In this document: positions 42,731 through 55,809 of the stretch, in pieces
How the letters are laid out: every line of letters begins with the position of its first letter
How positions within the stretch are numbered: position 1 is the stretch's first letter
Assembly: GCA_964106915.2 (NCBI GenBank)
Contig: OZ066916.1
Length of the DNA stretch: 64,000 nucleotides
Source: Podarcis gaigeae
Taxonomy: Eukaryota
Direction: 5' to 3' (one strand)
Notes under the pieces: model-generated
What the model was told of the DNA's origin: nothing
Seen by the model: the letters and a program-made list of their open reading frames with translations, nothing else
The model's database searches: none
Program-made: the position numbers and the translations under genes

Positions 42731-43078
42731 GCAGACACAGAAGTGGGGTCTGGGGTGGGGAAATCGCCTTTGTTGTTGTTGTTGTCGTCGCCATCTCAGC
42801 ATTGTTGTTATAATAATTTTGAGGTTTCAAATATAGAATAAATATTCATAAATGCATACCTATCTAAATATATATGAACCATGTGTCTGAAATAGTATGG
42901 GAGAGCAATCCTGAAGCCATGTTGACACTCCCAATGACCTCAAATACTCCTCTGCAGTAAGGAAGGCAAATGGGGAAAGCCTTCCTATTGTCTTTTGGCT
43001 TGCAGATCCTGTCTTAAGGGCACATCTGTGTATGAATAAAGTGAGCCTGTCTTAAGGGTGTATTTGTGTATGAATAAA

Positions 43079-43390
43079 GGGACGCAGGTGGCCCTGTGGT
43101 TTAAACCACTGAGCCTAGGACTTGCCAATCGGAAGGTCGGCAGTTCGAATCCCCGCGACGAAAGCACTTCAAAGTGCAAGTAGATAAATAGGTACCACTC
43201 CGGTGGGAAGGTAAACGGCATTTCCATGCACTGCTTTGGTTTCGCCAGAAGCACCTTAGTCATGCTGCCACATGACCCGGAAAATTCTCTGTGGACAAAC
43301 ACCGGCTCCCTCAGCCAATAAAGCGAGATGAGTGTTGCAACCCCAGAGTCGTTCGCGACTGGACTTAACTGTCAGGGGTCCTTTACCTTT
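43079..43390 (+). mobile_element. Sauria SINE with internal deletion, nested in an LTR-like element
   Basis: GGGACGCAGG start, ACCTTT tail, short TAAAG duplication. Confidence 0.88.
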
Positions 43391-43811
43391 TTAAAGTAAG
43401 CCTGTGACCTGGACTCAGGAGCTAAAGTATTGACCATCACAAAAGAATGGCCAGACTGCCCAGGTACTGCCATCAGTGACCACTGTCAGGTATCCTGGCA
43501 GGTAGGATTTCTGCTGTAGACCCCTTCTTTCTGTGATGTATGTATGATGTATGATGTTTTAGCAGGGTGGACTTGGGCTACAGGGTAGGCAATACCAAAA
43601 GTCTATATAAGGGCTTGTGCGTTACTGTTCAGGGTTCTCCTCCCTCCTGTGTGTGGTGAGTGGGGACCCTGTTGCAACAGTTCCTTTAATAAAGATCAGG
43701 CTTACTAGCCGCTTTGCTTCTCAATATACTCTGCTTGGCCTCTTTCTCCTACGGATAGGGAACCCACTTAAGGACTCTATATGAATACCCTATAAGGGAA
43801 AGGGAGCAGAT

Positions 43812-44760
43812 TTGGGCCCGGTCTTATTCAACATCTTTATCAACGACTTGGATGATGGACTCAAGGGCATCCTGATCAAATTTGCAGATGACACCAAACT
43901 GGGAGGGGTGGCTAACACCCCAGAGGACAGGATCACACTTCAAAACGACCGTGACAGATTAGAGAACTGGGCCAAAACAAACAAGATGAATTTTAACAGG
44001 GAGAAATGTAAAGTATTGCACTTGGGCAAAAAAAATGAGAGGCACAAATACAAGATGGGTGACACCTGGCTTGAGAGCAGTACATGTGAAAAGGAACTAG
44101 GAGTCTTGGTTTACCACAAACTTGACATGAGCCAACAGTGTGACGCGGCAGCTAAAAAAGCCAATGCAATTCTGGGCTGCATCAATAGGAGTATAGCATC
44201 TAGATTAAGGGAAGTAATAGTGCCACTGTATTCTGCTCTGGTCAGACCTCACCTGGAGTACTGTGTCCAGTTCTGGGCACCACAGTTCAAGAAGGACACT
44301 GACAAACTGGAACGTGTCCAGAGGAGGGCAACCAAAATGGTCAAAGGCCTGGAAACGATGCCTTATGAGGAACGGCTAAGAGGGCTGGGCATGTTTAGCC
44401 TGGAGAAGAGGAGGTTAAGGGGTGATATGATAGCCATGTTCAAATATATAAAAGGATGTCACATAGAGGAGGAGGGAGAAAGGTTGTTTTCTGTTGCTCC
44501 AGAGAAGTGGACACGGAGCAATGGATCCAAACTACAAGAAAGAAGATTCCACCTAAACATTAGGAAGAACTTCCTGACAGTAAGAGCTGTTCGACAGTGG
44601 AATTTGCTGCCAAGGAGTGTGGTGGAGTCTCCTTCTTTGGAGGTCTTTAAGCAGAGGATTGACAACCATACGTCAGGAGTGCTCTGATGGTGTTTCCTGC
44701 TTGGCAAGGGGTTGGACTCGATGGCCCTTGTGGTCTCTTCCAACTCTATGATTCTATGAT
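43812..44760 (+). mobile_element. CR1 LINE 3' fragment with intact RT C-terminal ORF (43812-44687)
   Basis: GPVLFNIFINDLD, KFADDTKL, RPHLEYCVQFW, LERVQRRATKM; (ATTCTATG)n tail. Confidence 0.93.
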
Positions 44761-45131
44761 TTTTTTTCTTATAACATTATCATCATCATCGTTGTTGGTG
44801 TTAGTTGATTGTCCTGCAAAAAGGTTGCAGAACAACTTAACAGGATTTAAAATCACAAGTATGCATTTTTGCACAAATTTGGCAAGAACGCATGCAGCAT
44901 GTTAACACATGCAATAGCAGCTACAGAAAGTTTCAGCAGCTGCAGTTAACACCAAGCAATGTTACTGGTCTTCATCCAATAAAACGTGGCGGGAGGGGGG
45001 AGGTACATTTTTACCTGGTGCCCCAAAGTGCCATTGAAGGCCAAGCTGAGTGTGAGAGGCTGGGAGCCACATCTGAAATGGTTTAGCAAGTGGAATTTAA
45101 AAGGCAGACACAGTGAAGCCTGCTTCTTGTA

Positions 45132-45372
45132 CAGTGGTACCTTGGTTTAAGAACATTCCGGTTTAAGAGCGATTCATTTTATGAACCATGCAAAACCGGA
45201 AGTCGTGTCCCAGTTTGAGAACTTTACCTCTGTCTAAGAACGGAATCCGAACGGTGGAAGGACACCGGCGGCCGGAGGCCTCATTAGGGAAAGCGTGCCT
45301 CAGTTTAATAACAGTTTCGGTTTAAGAACAGACTTCCAGAATGGATTAAGTTCGTAAGCCAAGGTACCACTG
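45132..45372. mobile_element. Tc1/mariner-type MITE
   Basis: TA|CAGTGGTACCTTGG...CCAAGGTACCACTG|TA. Confidence 0.8.
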
Positions 45373-45984
45373 TATGTGGATTCAGCCTTGGTGGACTGGG
45401 GCATCTGTTTTCGAAATGCTAGTTTAAATACAATGGCAACTGCCCTGGGCTGGCTCAAGGTTGAGGCCTCTTCTCTTGCCACTGCAGTGCAGGTAAAGAT
45501 AAGCGGGGCATCCTCTAAACTCTCCAAGCAGTGGCACCGTGCAAAAGCAACCATGGTGTTGTTAATAACAGGCTGCTGTTGCCAGACCCCATGCCCTTTA
45601 TCCGTCTTTACTCTCATAATTTACAAAATTGGCATACGAACACAAAGATTTTTTGAATGTTCCTCCATGGAAAGGAAAGCAATCATTTTCTGCATTCATC
45701 CTATCATTCGTTCATTATTTGCTTATTTGCATTCTAAATCTCCCCTCTCTTGCCTCACCCCCCACTGAGCTGTTTGCAGAAATTGGTGTTAAAAGGGTCC
45801 CTACCATCAGGCTTACCATTTAAAATTGTGCAACACACAAGGAAAAAAGGAATAGGAGGGTGGAGGAAAGGTAGCGCTGTAGGGTGAAGCCTGGGCTAAA
45901 GCTTTTTGAAACATGCAAAGCTGCACACGTGGGAGGGTTCAAGAAAGGTTTTGATGCTTGGTTCTGTTGATTGCATTAATTAGC

Positions 45985-45985
<1 letters not shown>

Positions 45986-46035
<50 letters not shown>

Positions 46036-46036
46036 T
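45986..46036. repeat. (TTTC)n microsatellite
   Basis: Read directly. Confidence 0.95.
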
Positions 46037-46135
46037 GTGTATGTATCTATTTAGTGCCTTGGGAGCAATGCTAGAGCAGCAAGTTACCAGGTAAGAAGTG
46101 GTACTGCGTCCTAGCAGATAGCCTTAGCTGATGTA

Positions 46136-46270
46136 CCATATTTTTCTGTGTATAAGATGCCCCCAATTTTGGGGGAATTAAGAAAATACCTGTGTATAAG
46201 ATGAGCCCCAATTTTAAACCTAATTTTTTGGTTAAAAAAAACCCCATGTCTTATACACGGAAAAATACAG
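46136..46270. mobile_element. Short MITE related to the CCGTATTTTT family
   Basis: TA|CCATATTTTTCTGTGTATAAGA...TCTTATACACGGAAAAATACAG|TA. Confidence 0.7.
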
Positions 46271-46436
46271 TATATTGTTTTAACAGCAAGCCCAACTTGT
46301 CTGTGGAGTGATGAAAGAGCAACAGTACCACAGAGACCAGAACGTTAGGGAGAGTAGGCAGGAATGCATTATTTGGTCCAGTGACGTGCGACTTAAATTA
46401 ATTTTGTTAAATATTCATTACTTTCCTCTTGTTTAG

Positions 46437-46489
46437 TTTTCCTTCCAAGAAAATGGATGGGGAGCCTCACTTGCTCACCGCTTGGCTAG
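46437..46489 (+). CDS. IAH1: IAH1 exon 2
   Basis: FSFQENGWGASLAHRLA(R). Confidence 0.93.
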
Positions 46490-46971
46490 GTAAGACATAG
46501 TTAATGTTGTGTTTCAGCTGGGTTTTAAAATGAAATATCTCAGGTGTTTAGGAAGATAATCTGAAAATAATTATTCTTTTGAGAACCTTCATTTGTTTGA
46601 TGCATAACATCAAAACCCCTGATAATTTTGTTCTTTTACTTCTTAATTCTGAAGTTTATTGGAAACATTTACTGAAAATGTAAAGCCTTGGTTTTTAAGA
46701 AGCAATTGCTTAATACTAAAAGGAAGATAATGCAAACAAAGCCTGCAATCACATAAATCAGGAAATGTGAGAGAATTCTGCCTGTAGATACACAAGTAAA
46801 CACACATGCTGTGAAAATAGGGCGTTCTGTTTTAACATTGTGAAATATAGTTTACTGTGAGGAGTGGAGGAAAAGAATATAGATACTTGTGCAGGTGGCT
46901 AACTAGTCTTCCACATTCAGAGCATGGTATTATTACAGGATGACATTTCTTTCCATATATACTCCTTTTAG

Positions 46972-47120
46972 AAAATGTGATGTTCTGAATCGCGGACTCT
47001 CTGGCTATAACACAAGGTGGGCAAAAATTGCTCTGCCAAGATTGATCAGCAAAGATTCTGATGCTAAGAACACTGTTGCTGTAACTGTCTTCTTTGGAGC
47101 CAATGATGGTGCTTTAAAAG
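46972..47120 (+). CDS. IAH1: IAH1 exon 3
   Basis: [18 protein letters not shown]...[13 protein letters not shown] (SGNH blocks II and III). Confidence 0.95.
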
Positions 47121-48628
47121 GTCCAGTATAGTTTTACTCTCCCCTTCCCATTCTTTTTTTCCAGAATGGTTCATCAGGTTGCAGTAGAGTAGACATGTAA
47201 TTTCAGATATTTGAGAGTTAGCATTTCAAACACTTTATTTTTAAACGTATTTTTTAAGGGTTTATGTGCGACCTTTCAATAAGAAAATATATTTTCTGAG
47301 CAGCATAGAAATAAAACAAAATACTAAGTAAAGCAGCAATGAATTTTGCATTTATTTGTTTCTATGGCCAAACATACGGCAAATTCCAGGCCTTGTAACA
47401 CTGGTAGCTTCCTATACACTTAGCTCAGTGCTTGAGTGGTAAACTAGAGCATTGGAAAGTGGGACTAAGCAGACACATTTAATTATGGTTTAAAAGTGCA
47501 ACCCATGCCATGTGAGCACTGCACAGCTTGCAGTTACTGCTGCCAGGAGTGTGGGCAATGTTGAGTTATCAGCAGCTGTTAGCCATGGTGGCGTCCCAAG
47601 AATGCCATTGTATTCAGGTCCTGCTTGGCCTGTCATAGGCATCTGGTTGGCCACTGTAAGAACAGAATGTTGAACTAGATGAGCTCTTGTCCTGAGCTAG
47701 CAGGGCTCTTATGCTTTGACGACAAGAAGGGAATTGAGCACAAGATAAAACCACAGACATTTGTGGACATTTGTGGGTGTTGGATATCTACTGAGTGCAC
47801 ACCTGTCTCGCTTCTGCAGGCACTATTGATTCTAGGATTGCTTGTACCAAGGTGAGAGGCAGAGCTGGGTAGAACAATGAGAGGCACTCATGACTGCAAA
47901 TCTCCCTCTACATTCTGCCTGTGTTTGTGCGTGTGTGTAGGAAGAGAACAGGGCTGTGCTGTCTCTGCATGTAGTTTGTGCCTATTCAGTTCATCTCCCT
48001 CTAACTAATAGTGTAATATTTGTAAGCAAAAGTAGAATTACATTTGCTTAAAGTGATAATTTATCGTATTTCTTGTCTTGTCTCAATAACCCCGGCTCAG
48101 TATTTATTTATTCAAATTGTCTCTATTCCACTCCATAGAAAAAAATAATAATATTTTTTTAAAGAAGTTGTCAGAGTGACTTAAATATATCTACACAAAA
48201 GTACAGTCCTTGCCCTCAGGCTTACAATCTTTAAAAAGACACAACATAAAAGGAAAATGGGTTAAGAGGGAGAAGATAAGCACCCTCAGGTTATAACGTC
48301 TTAGTCACAGATTGGCCAGGAGGAGCCCAAAGTTGTTGGTTCAGCTACACCAATGGAGTGACCCCACCTCCCTTCCCTTTCTCTATTGAAACCCCATGTA
48401 ATGGCTGCTGGCAGGAAATAGTGGTTGGAGGAAGGAGCCTGGCTTCTCTGCAGAGCTGGTGTTGGTCCTGCATCCCTTCTTCCCCTTCCTCTTCCGCAGC
48501 TTGATGTAATGTAAACATATAATTGGTTTATCAATGGGCATGGATGGACACATGGCCCATTAGAGCAATGCAGGCGGGAAGGTAATGTGAACCATCTTAC
48601 CTAAATGTAAACTATCATGCCTGAACAG

Positions 48629-48790
48629 ATGTGAACCCTAAACAGCATGTGCCACTGGATGAGTACGCTGACAATTTGAAAAGTATTATACAATACCTAA
48701 AGTCTGTGGACATTACAGAGGATAAAGTAATTTTGGTGACGCCACCACCTCTGCATGAAGCAGCTTGGGGAAAAGAGTGCATTGCCAAAG
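48629..48790 (+). CDS. IAH1: IAH1 exon 4
   Basis: DVNPKQHVPLDEYADNLKS...VILVTPPPLHEAAWGKECIAK. Confidence 0.95.
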
Positions 48791-49905
48791 GTAAGAGAGT
48801 TTTTATCTCCTCTCATTTTGGATTAAGAAAAGAAAATAGTGTACCTAAGCTCTGAACACTCTAGTGGTCAGCCTATTACATGTTCTATAGGAAGTAACTG
48901 TCTTAAGTGACAACTGGTGGCCATTGCTGTGTGATCATAGAACTGCTATGCTATGATTTAAATGCTATAGAAGCAAAGCAAAATGTCTTGATTAGCTGAT
49001 GCTTCTGTACAGCAAGAAAATAGACTTAACACATTTTTAGTATTGTGGCAATTGGGAAGTGCTATAAGTTAATTTTCACTAGCCTGCTCACGTGGTCTCT
49101 GCCAACTTTGTTCCATCATCCATACCTCACTAAATTGAAGTGTGTGTGCATCCAACACCTTCAAAATAAGAATGAAAACATGCAGCATTGTGGATGTAAA
49201 TCTGATTATTTAAAAAAAAAACAACCACCATCCAGCGGTAGGTATGTGAACAAAAATATTTTGCTGTGTACTGGGTTTCCAGGGGTGGAAAACTAAAAAT
49301 CCTTGGGGCCTCGCTGCCCAGCCCACCATGTCCCTTCCTTGCCCTCTCCCAAGAAGGTTTTAGGCTTGCTAAAAGCATCTTGTGGAGCCACTGGAGACTT
49401 TTTTCAAGCAGCTGGAGTGTGTTTTCCAAGGGGAAGTGCAGGCAGGGAGGGCTTGAGAACAGCCTGGTTTTGGTACCCATAGCTAAGGGTAAACTGCTGT
49501 GGGTCCTTTCCACACTTGAGTTTATTTCTACTCCAACTTTCTAATTATACATGGAGTGTTCAAGGTACATTGAATCATAATATATAGCATCAAGTCATTG
49601 CACAGCAGAAATCACAATAAACTAAATTAAATTTCAGAAGATGTATAAAAGCAAACATAGGTCAGACCAAAATGGGAGCAAAGTTGCCCACATGAAAAGC
49701 TCGGATATTACTTCAGCAACCTGACTTACCCTAGCAAGTGTTCATATTGACATGCAATTAGGCATATGGATCCTTGAAGCCATATTCAAATTATATTTGG
49801 ATGTGGATTTAAATCATAATTGTGCTATGAAAGCAAGAAGCAAAAATCTAAAGCCCTCCTTTTGTTGACCTTGCCCCCTCCCTGCCAACCCCCAATTCTC
49901 AACAG

Positions 49906-50027
49906 GTGAAAAATTAAACCGCCTCAACTCTACCACAGGAGAATATGCCAAGGCATGTGTTAAAGTAGCCAGTGATTGTGGCACTTCCATCATTGATCTG
50001 TGGACACTTATGCAAAAAAATAACCAG
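49906..50027 (+). CDS. IAH1: IAH1 exon 5
   Basis: GEKLNRLNSTTGEYAKACVKVASDCGTSIIDLWTLMQKNNQ. Confidence 0.95.
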
Positions 50028-50037
50028 GTATGACCCC

Positions 50038-50041
<4 letters not shown>

Positions 50042-50072
<31 letters not shown>

Positions 50073-50102
50073 TGATTGATTTGATTTGATTTGATTTGAT
50101 TT
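50042..50102. repeat. (GATT)n/(GATTT)n compound microsatellite
   Basis: Read directly. Confidence 0.9.
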
Positions 50103-50369
50103 GTTGGTTGCTTTATGTTGGGCAAGACAACCCAAAGCAACCTACAACCAAACCAATCTCTAGACATTTTAATAGTGAGTTTTTACAATGTTATTAGAAA
50201 CAATGTGTGAATTTGGGACACTCATTAAACTGAAGCAAAGGTTGATTCAAAGGGCCCATGCCGTGGTTCTGTAGAACAGTAGTAGCTTGCTTAAATGTAT
50301 TTGGCTTTCATTTCCTTCTAAAAAGTCACCAGACTAGTTTGTTGTATCTTTTGAAAACATCCGTTTTAG

Positions 50370-50555
50370 GACTTTGGCTGCTACCTCTCCGATGGACTTC
50401 ATTTATCAGCAGAAGGAAACAATTTTCTAGCAAACCAGCTTTGGTCACTCCTGGAACAAAGAACATCAGCACTCCCTGTAATGCTTCCCTACTGGCGTGA
50501 TGTAGATCATCTCAACCCTGAAGCTAGCCTTCAGAGGAATCTTCACGATTTATAA
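50370..50555 (+). CDS. IAH1: IAH1 exon 6 (last)
   Basis: [17 protein letters not shown] (DxxH catalytic motif)...[22 protein letters not shown] then TAA. Confidence 0.95.
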   Translation, partial: DFGCYLSDGLHLSAEGNNFLANQLWSLLEQRTSALPVMLPYWRDVDHLNPEASLQRNLHDL

Positions 50556-51234
50556 AAGTTATAAAACAGTGGCTGCTGGAGAGAAAACAGCAGGTATCTT
50601 TAAAAATACAAAAAAAATTTTCCTATATTTTTAGATTGTCTGAATCATTTCAATTTTTCCTCCTAATTAAACAGTGGCATTAAGCTGTAGCAGTGCCTCA
50701 AGCTATACTTAAGGTATATTTAAACAAATCCAGTAATTGCAGTGACCAACTGAACTTGAAGCTGAGTAATTCCATAGTAACTGTATCATTTATAAGCTGC
50801 TTAACACAATATTTTGTGTTTTAGCTAATATTATTTGAACTCCTATTGACATTGAGCTACTTGTGTTTACTGTCTTGATCTTTCCTACAAAAATAACGCC
50901 ACAAGTAGTTTATATGCTCTTCTTATTGTGACCAGGCTTTTTCCCCAGACTTTTGGCAGCAGAACCACTCCCATATTCAGTCCCAAGGTTCACACCAGCC
51001 AGGACATGAGGCAGGTAGAAGCCTGGAGCTGGCATAGCAATTGGAGCTGATGTCTCTTAAGTCATAGCAGTGGAACCAGCTCTGGATCATAGGTCATCTC
51101 AGCTTCTTCCCAGCAGGAAGTTCACTGACATTAGTGGGTAGGATGGGGAAAGCAACACTAGCATCACTCCACAGCTGGAGGCTGGTGGAACTGTACCTAT
51201 GCCCATAGCAGATGAGCAGGTTGAATGTCAAGTT

Positions 51235-51540
51235 CAGGAGTCGGCAAGGCTTACCTGGCATGGGCCGGATCACCTCTGCGGAGATTCAGTGCAACGCCAG
51301 AAATCGCATCTGCGCATGTTCATGGTGCTGGAAATCGTGCCTGCACAGAAGTGATTTTCGGCGTCTGCGCAGAAGCAATTTCCGGAGCCACGGAAGAGAG
51401 TCCCCCGCTGTGCCTCTTTAGCGCAGCATGGGGGGACTCGCTCACCGAACAGGTGGCTCAGTTTGGGGGTGGCTCATGGGCCGGTTAAACAGTCTTTGTG
51501 GGCTGCTTCCAGCCCATGGGTCTTAGGTTGCCAACCCCTG
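51235..51540. mobile_element. Non-autonomous hAT element
   Basis: CAGGAGTCGGCAA / TTGCCAACCCCTG termini, perfect 8-bp TSD GTCAAGTT. Confidence 0.85.
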
Positions 51541-52940
51541 GTCAAGTTGATCACTAGAACTGAATTGTAAGTTGTAATTACCGTAATTTCAGATTACTAT
51601 CTCCAGGCAGCACATAAACTTAAGAACTTGCCTTCCAGGTTTACTAGTTTTCAACAAATTCATTTCTTACATTCTTTAAATTAAGGGAAGTTTATATTTT
51701 GTCATATTTCAATAAAAATTCAATTGGAAAACAAAAAGTAAGTTTTGAGTTTGTCTGGAACACTCATGTCACACTGTGCTCTTTGACGTTTTTGTCCTAT
51801 TCAAATATTCAAAAAACTTTTGAGATATTTTACGCAGCATGTAAGATTAGTGAATATTTCTAGCTATAAAATACAGGTATCAGTTTATTTAAGGCAAGCA
51901 ACCATTTCCCAGACACCCACATATTTGCTTAAAGCCTGGATTGCCGCCTTCAGCTCTTCCCTTTGTGCTCTTTGGTTGCATACGGTTGGATATAATTGCC
52001 CTATCTATGTATTTTCTGACTGCAAGTGGCTATTTTATTCAGAGAAATGAGATCAAGGCATGGTAGTAGTTACAGACTTCTGTTTTCAGCAGTGTTGCTC
52101 TTTTGCTAGACAAATAAAGGAAGTGAGATACAGCCTAAAAGAGGGTTGAAAGGTGTTGCTGTAATTAAATGTAACTAGAGAGGCTCTCTGAGCTGACAGC
52201 CTCCTAGTGGCTGTGTTCAGACATCATGCTAAACCACAGTTTAGCATGTTTTCCTGACAGGGTCTCCACTTGCTGCTTTAGTTCAGCCATGAGGAGTTCA
52301 GAAGCTTTTCTTTCTATTTTTGCTTAAGCACAACTTACATTGTCCAAACTGACAAAATTGTGGTTACTGTTGACATAAGTAGTAGAGCAAAAAATTATAT
52401 TCTGAACTCCTTGCAGATATTGGACAATATGGGTCAGGGCAAGGGGAAAGCATAAGAGCTCAGTGTCTGCTGTGACTTGTTCCTATCATGCTTTATGATT
52501 TAATATGACTGATAAATTGGGCCAGTGTCTAATTAAAAGTTTAATGTGCAAACCAACATTAATCCCACTTCATAAAAAACTTTGGCAATAGCCATCACTT
52601 AAATCTGGGAACTGAAATAATTTAGTGGGATTTTATTGGAAAATGGCAGATAACATTAAGTTGTGGCAGTGCCAAAATTCTATTTCGGTCGCTTATCTTT
52701 AGCATACAAAATGCTGGTGTTAACCCAACTACTAAAATGAAATACTTCATCCTAGTCAATTTCAGAATGCAATAAAAAGGGAAGAACAGTACCTGAACTC
52801 ATAACTAATCCATTCTTTGTTTATTACAGGCAATCATGGTAATATACCTTTGATTAAATCACACCTCTACAGAAGGTGCATTTACTACAAAGAGAAGTCA
52901 GCTTGCACACAGCGCTTTTAAGGAGAGGTATAAAAATCAC

Positions 52941-52946
52941 TTTATT
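52941..52946 (-). terminator. ADAM17 candidate polyadenylation signal
   Basis: TTTATT (AATAAA on minus) about 1.4 kb past the stop, at the end of an AU-rich stretch with no recognisable TE. Confidence 0.5.
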
Positions 52947-54358
52947 ACATTGTATTGGGAGTTCACTTCTCACACAAAATTTTACTGCTAAGTAAGATAT
53001 CTAAAATCAGACTATAGATACAAATACCAAAAGGGCACAAGTTCAAGTATTAGTGCAACAAATATCCATGAAAAAGACACATTTGTCACAGGTTTGGTTG
53101 ATCTGATATGAAAAAATACAAGTCTTTCATAACTGAGGATTATTTTTTTATACTTTGTTGGCTTTTGATGCAGCTATTAAATGTGTACATTTTACACAAA
53201 TTAATGTAGGACATGATTATGTTTGCAAAATAGTTATTTAAGCAGTAACACCACTTTTTTCGGTCCATGCATTTCTATAGTCACAGGCCCCAATATTGAA
53301 ATCTCCTGCCAATTTATAAGGGGGGAAAAACTTTGCAGGGTCTCAACACCACCCCCAACTATAAGAAAGGGTAGGAAGTGACAACATGAAGGTGTTATTG
53401 CTTACAGATCTCAGGAGGTGTCCAAACCGTCCATATATGACAGGCTGCTTGGGGAGGGGGACAGGAACTCTGTTTGGACCTCACCCCCTCAAACAAGCAA
53501 AAAACTGTATTCATTACACATCTATATGCTTTCATGACATCTCCTTTCTAGATGTGTATCACACGAAAGCCACAATCAGCAGCACTATTTTTAATCAAAT
53601 TTTGGCAGGCAGCAATTTGCTAGAATAAAATTATCTCCCCACACAGCTGAAGGAGTAAAGTTTCAATGCACATTTTTTACCCACTTGGTTTTGTAGAAAA
53701 AGGCCATCATCCATGACATTGTCATGTGCCCTTAAAGCCCTGCTGAAATAAATGGAACTTTAAACATTGCTTAGGTCTCTACTAGCTTCTGGTCAAAAAT
53801 TGCATAATTAAAAGTGCTGTTTCAAATGACCATCAAAACATTTATCAGATTTGCTGCGTTACCTTAAACCCCCCATAACACTTCAAAAGTCTTTCTTAAT
53901 TTAAAATGTTCACCTCATTTTTCCATCTTAAAAGAAAAATACTGCTGAATGCTGAAATACAAGAAGGTAAATCACTACATATTGGGGCTTCTGTATTCTA
54001 AAAAATTTGCAGTGCTGTTCAACTACAAAAAGGCACATTATAAAAATACGAAGAAACAATTGGTATTAGGCAGATTATGCCTCTATGCCACAGGCTGAAG
54101 GAAATGTTCAAATCAAGACTACAGGGAAAAAATTCAAAAAGTTTCAGTACACTTGAGTCTGTGTGTACATGGCACTCACACTGAAACTAAAGAAGATCAT
54201 ACACATGGCCAGCATCTGCAGTAGGTCACTTCCTTGTTTCTGTTTTTCAATACAATATATACACATACAAGATATTTCTATAATGAAATGGCTTTAGTTC
54301 ATCAAATTGAACATGATTTTTGCACATCAGAGCCAACAGCTCCAAAGGCAGCTAGAGA

Positions 54359-54712
54359 CTAGCATTCCGTTTCTTTGCTGTCCACTCTGTGTTGGCGTTG
54401 CAGTTTGAAGGACGATGCTTTCTCACTCCTTGTGACAGGATGATCTGTAAGATCCTCAAATGACTTGGCAGTTGTGCTGTTGTTTGGGAAAGGAACCTTA
54501 TCAAAGCAATCATCATCCTCCATGTGAGAGTCTGTACTAGGATCCTCTTGAATTGTGTCCATTCTTTGATGGTCCAGTTTCGGAACCACTGCTGCCACAG
54601 AGACTGGTGCAATAGGCTGCAGGGGCTGGAGCCGGCTAGTCGATGGCACGGCAGGAGGCGGCTTGATAATTCGAACAGAGGCCGAATCCATGCTGCTCAA
54701 CATCTCAACGTT
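54359..54712 (-). CDS. ADAM17: ADAM17 (TACE) last exon, cytoplasmic tail
   Basis: [18 protein letters not shown]...[15 protein letters not shown] then TAG. Confidence 0.96.
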   Translation of the reverse strand, partial: NVEMLSSMDSASVRIIKPPPAVPSTSRLQPLQPIAPVSVAAVVPKLDHQRMDTIQEDPSTDSHMEDDDCFDKVPFPNNSTTAKSFEDLTDHPVTRSEKASSFKLQRQHRVDSKETEC

Positions 54713-55425
54713 CTGCAAGGACACAAACAAGCAGCACAGTTATGGAACAATACTGGTGGCCGAAAACACAGTGCCAGACCTCTTCAATCTCTGGGCAAGC
54801 TGTCCACAAATGCTCTGTAGCTAAGGTGGCTACCAGGAAGTACTAAGATTCAACACAGATGGCAGAAGACTGACTAGCACTACCAATCCCAGAATTCTGG
54901 CAGATACAAATCCTGGCATCAATAGTGGCAGAGGAGCAAGTCACTTTAATAATTTTGATTTACTATGAACTGTAGGATCTTGAAGTAACTTTAGTTTCAT
55001 TTCTTCAATATTTTTTTAACATGTTGGAGGAGTATGGGGTATAGATGATTTGGTGCTTGGAACTTTCCATCTATCAATAACGGTAGCCGATTCAAATAAA
55101 GTAGAATCCAAATAATGAGAGTAGACAAGTGTAAATGCCCTGGAAACAGGAATTCCTAGTACTACAAAACTGGAGCATTCAGCTGAACAGAAAGCAAGTT
55201 CATGACTTAAAAACGAAAAGATGTATATACCACAATTCTACAAAACTTCCAGCGTGGTTTACCAAAAGTGTATCAACTTCTGGAAGATACATTTATTCCA
55301 TGGAAATTTGTTCATCCTAACCATCATGAATAGTTCTCAATACTGAGAAGTCTCTGCAAGCCTGTCACATCTGTTTTGTAACAAATAGGATACTGAAAAC
55401 ATTATTCAGCAAAAAGCAAACTTAC

Positions 55426-55482
55426 ACTGGGGCCAAACAGAGATTTGGTGTTCTCTTCATACTGCCGATCCAGCTTCTTGTC
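55426..55482 (-). CDS. ADAM17: ADAM17 exon 18
   Basis: DKKLDRQYEENTKSLFGPS. Confidence 0.92.
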
Positions 55483-55720
55483 CTATTAAAAAGAGGGAAA
55501 TGTAACAAGTCAGCTATGGAAGACACCCACCCACTCCGATTAACTTCAGGGTAGAACTTTCCCTAAATGTTTAACTACCCACTATCATGAGTAAAGCTCA
55601 AGTATATTCACCTGCACATTGTGTTTAATAAATGAAGCAAAATATAAACACCTCTCTTTAATTTCTGCCCACACTTAAATTAAAGGCATCTGTTTCATGA
55701 GGTTTGTAATTGAAACTTAC

Positions 55721-55809
55721 CACGCAGTGTACAAGAATGCTTAGAGGAATCCAAAATATTAAGGAGAATACAAGCACAGATCCTACTATGTTGTCTGCTA
55801 AAAATTTTC
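55721..55809 (-). CDS. ADAM17: ADAM17 exon 17 (transmembrane)
   Basis: [30 protein letters not shown]. Confidence 0.95.

Larger units (their letters stand above)
42806..44776 (+). mobile_element. Solo-LTR-like element interrupted by a Sauria SINE and a CR1
   Basis: TGTTATAA...TTATAACA inverted termini, near-TSD TTGT/TTAT, TATA box at about 43604, AATAAA at 43688. Confidence 0.6.
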
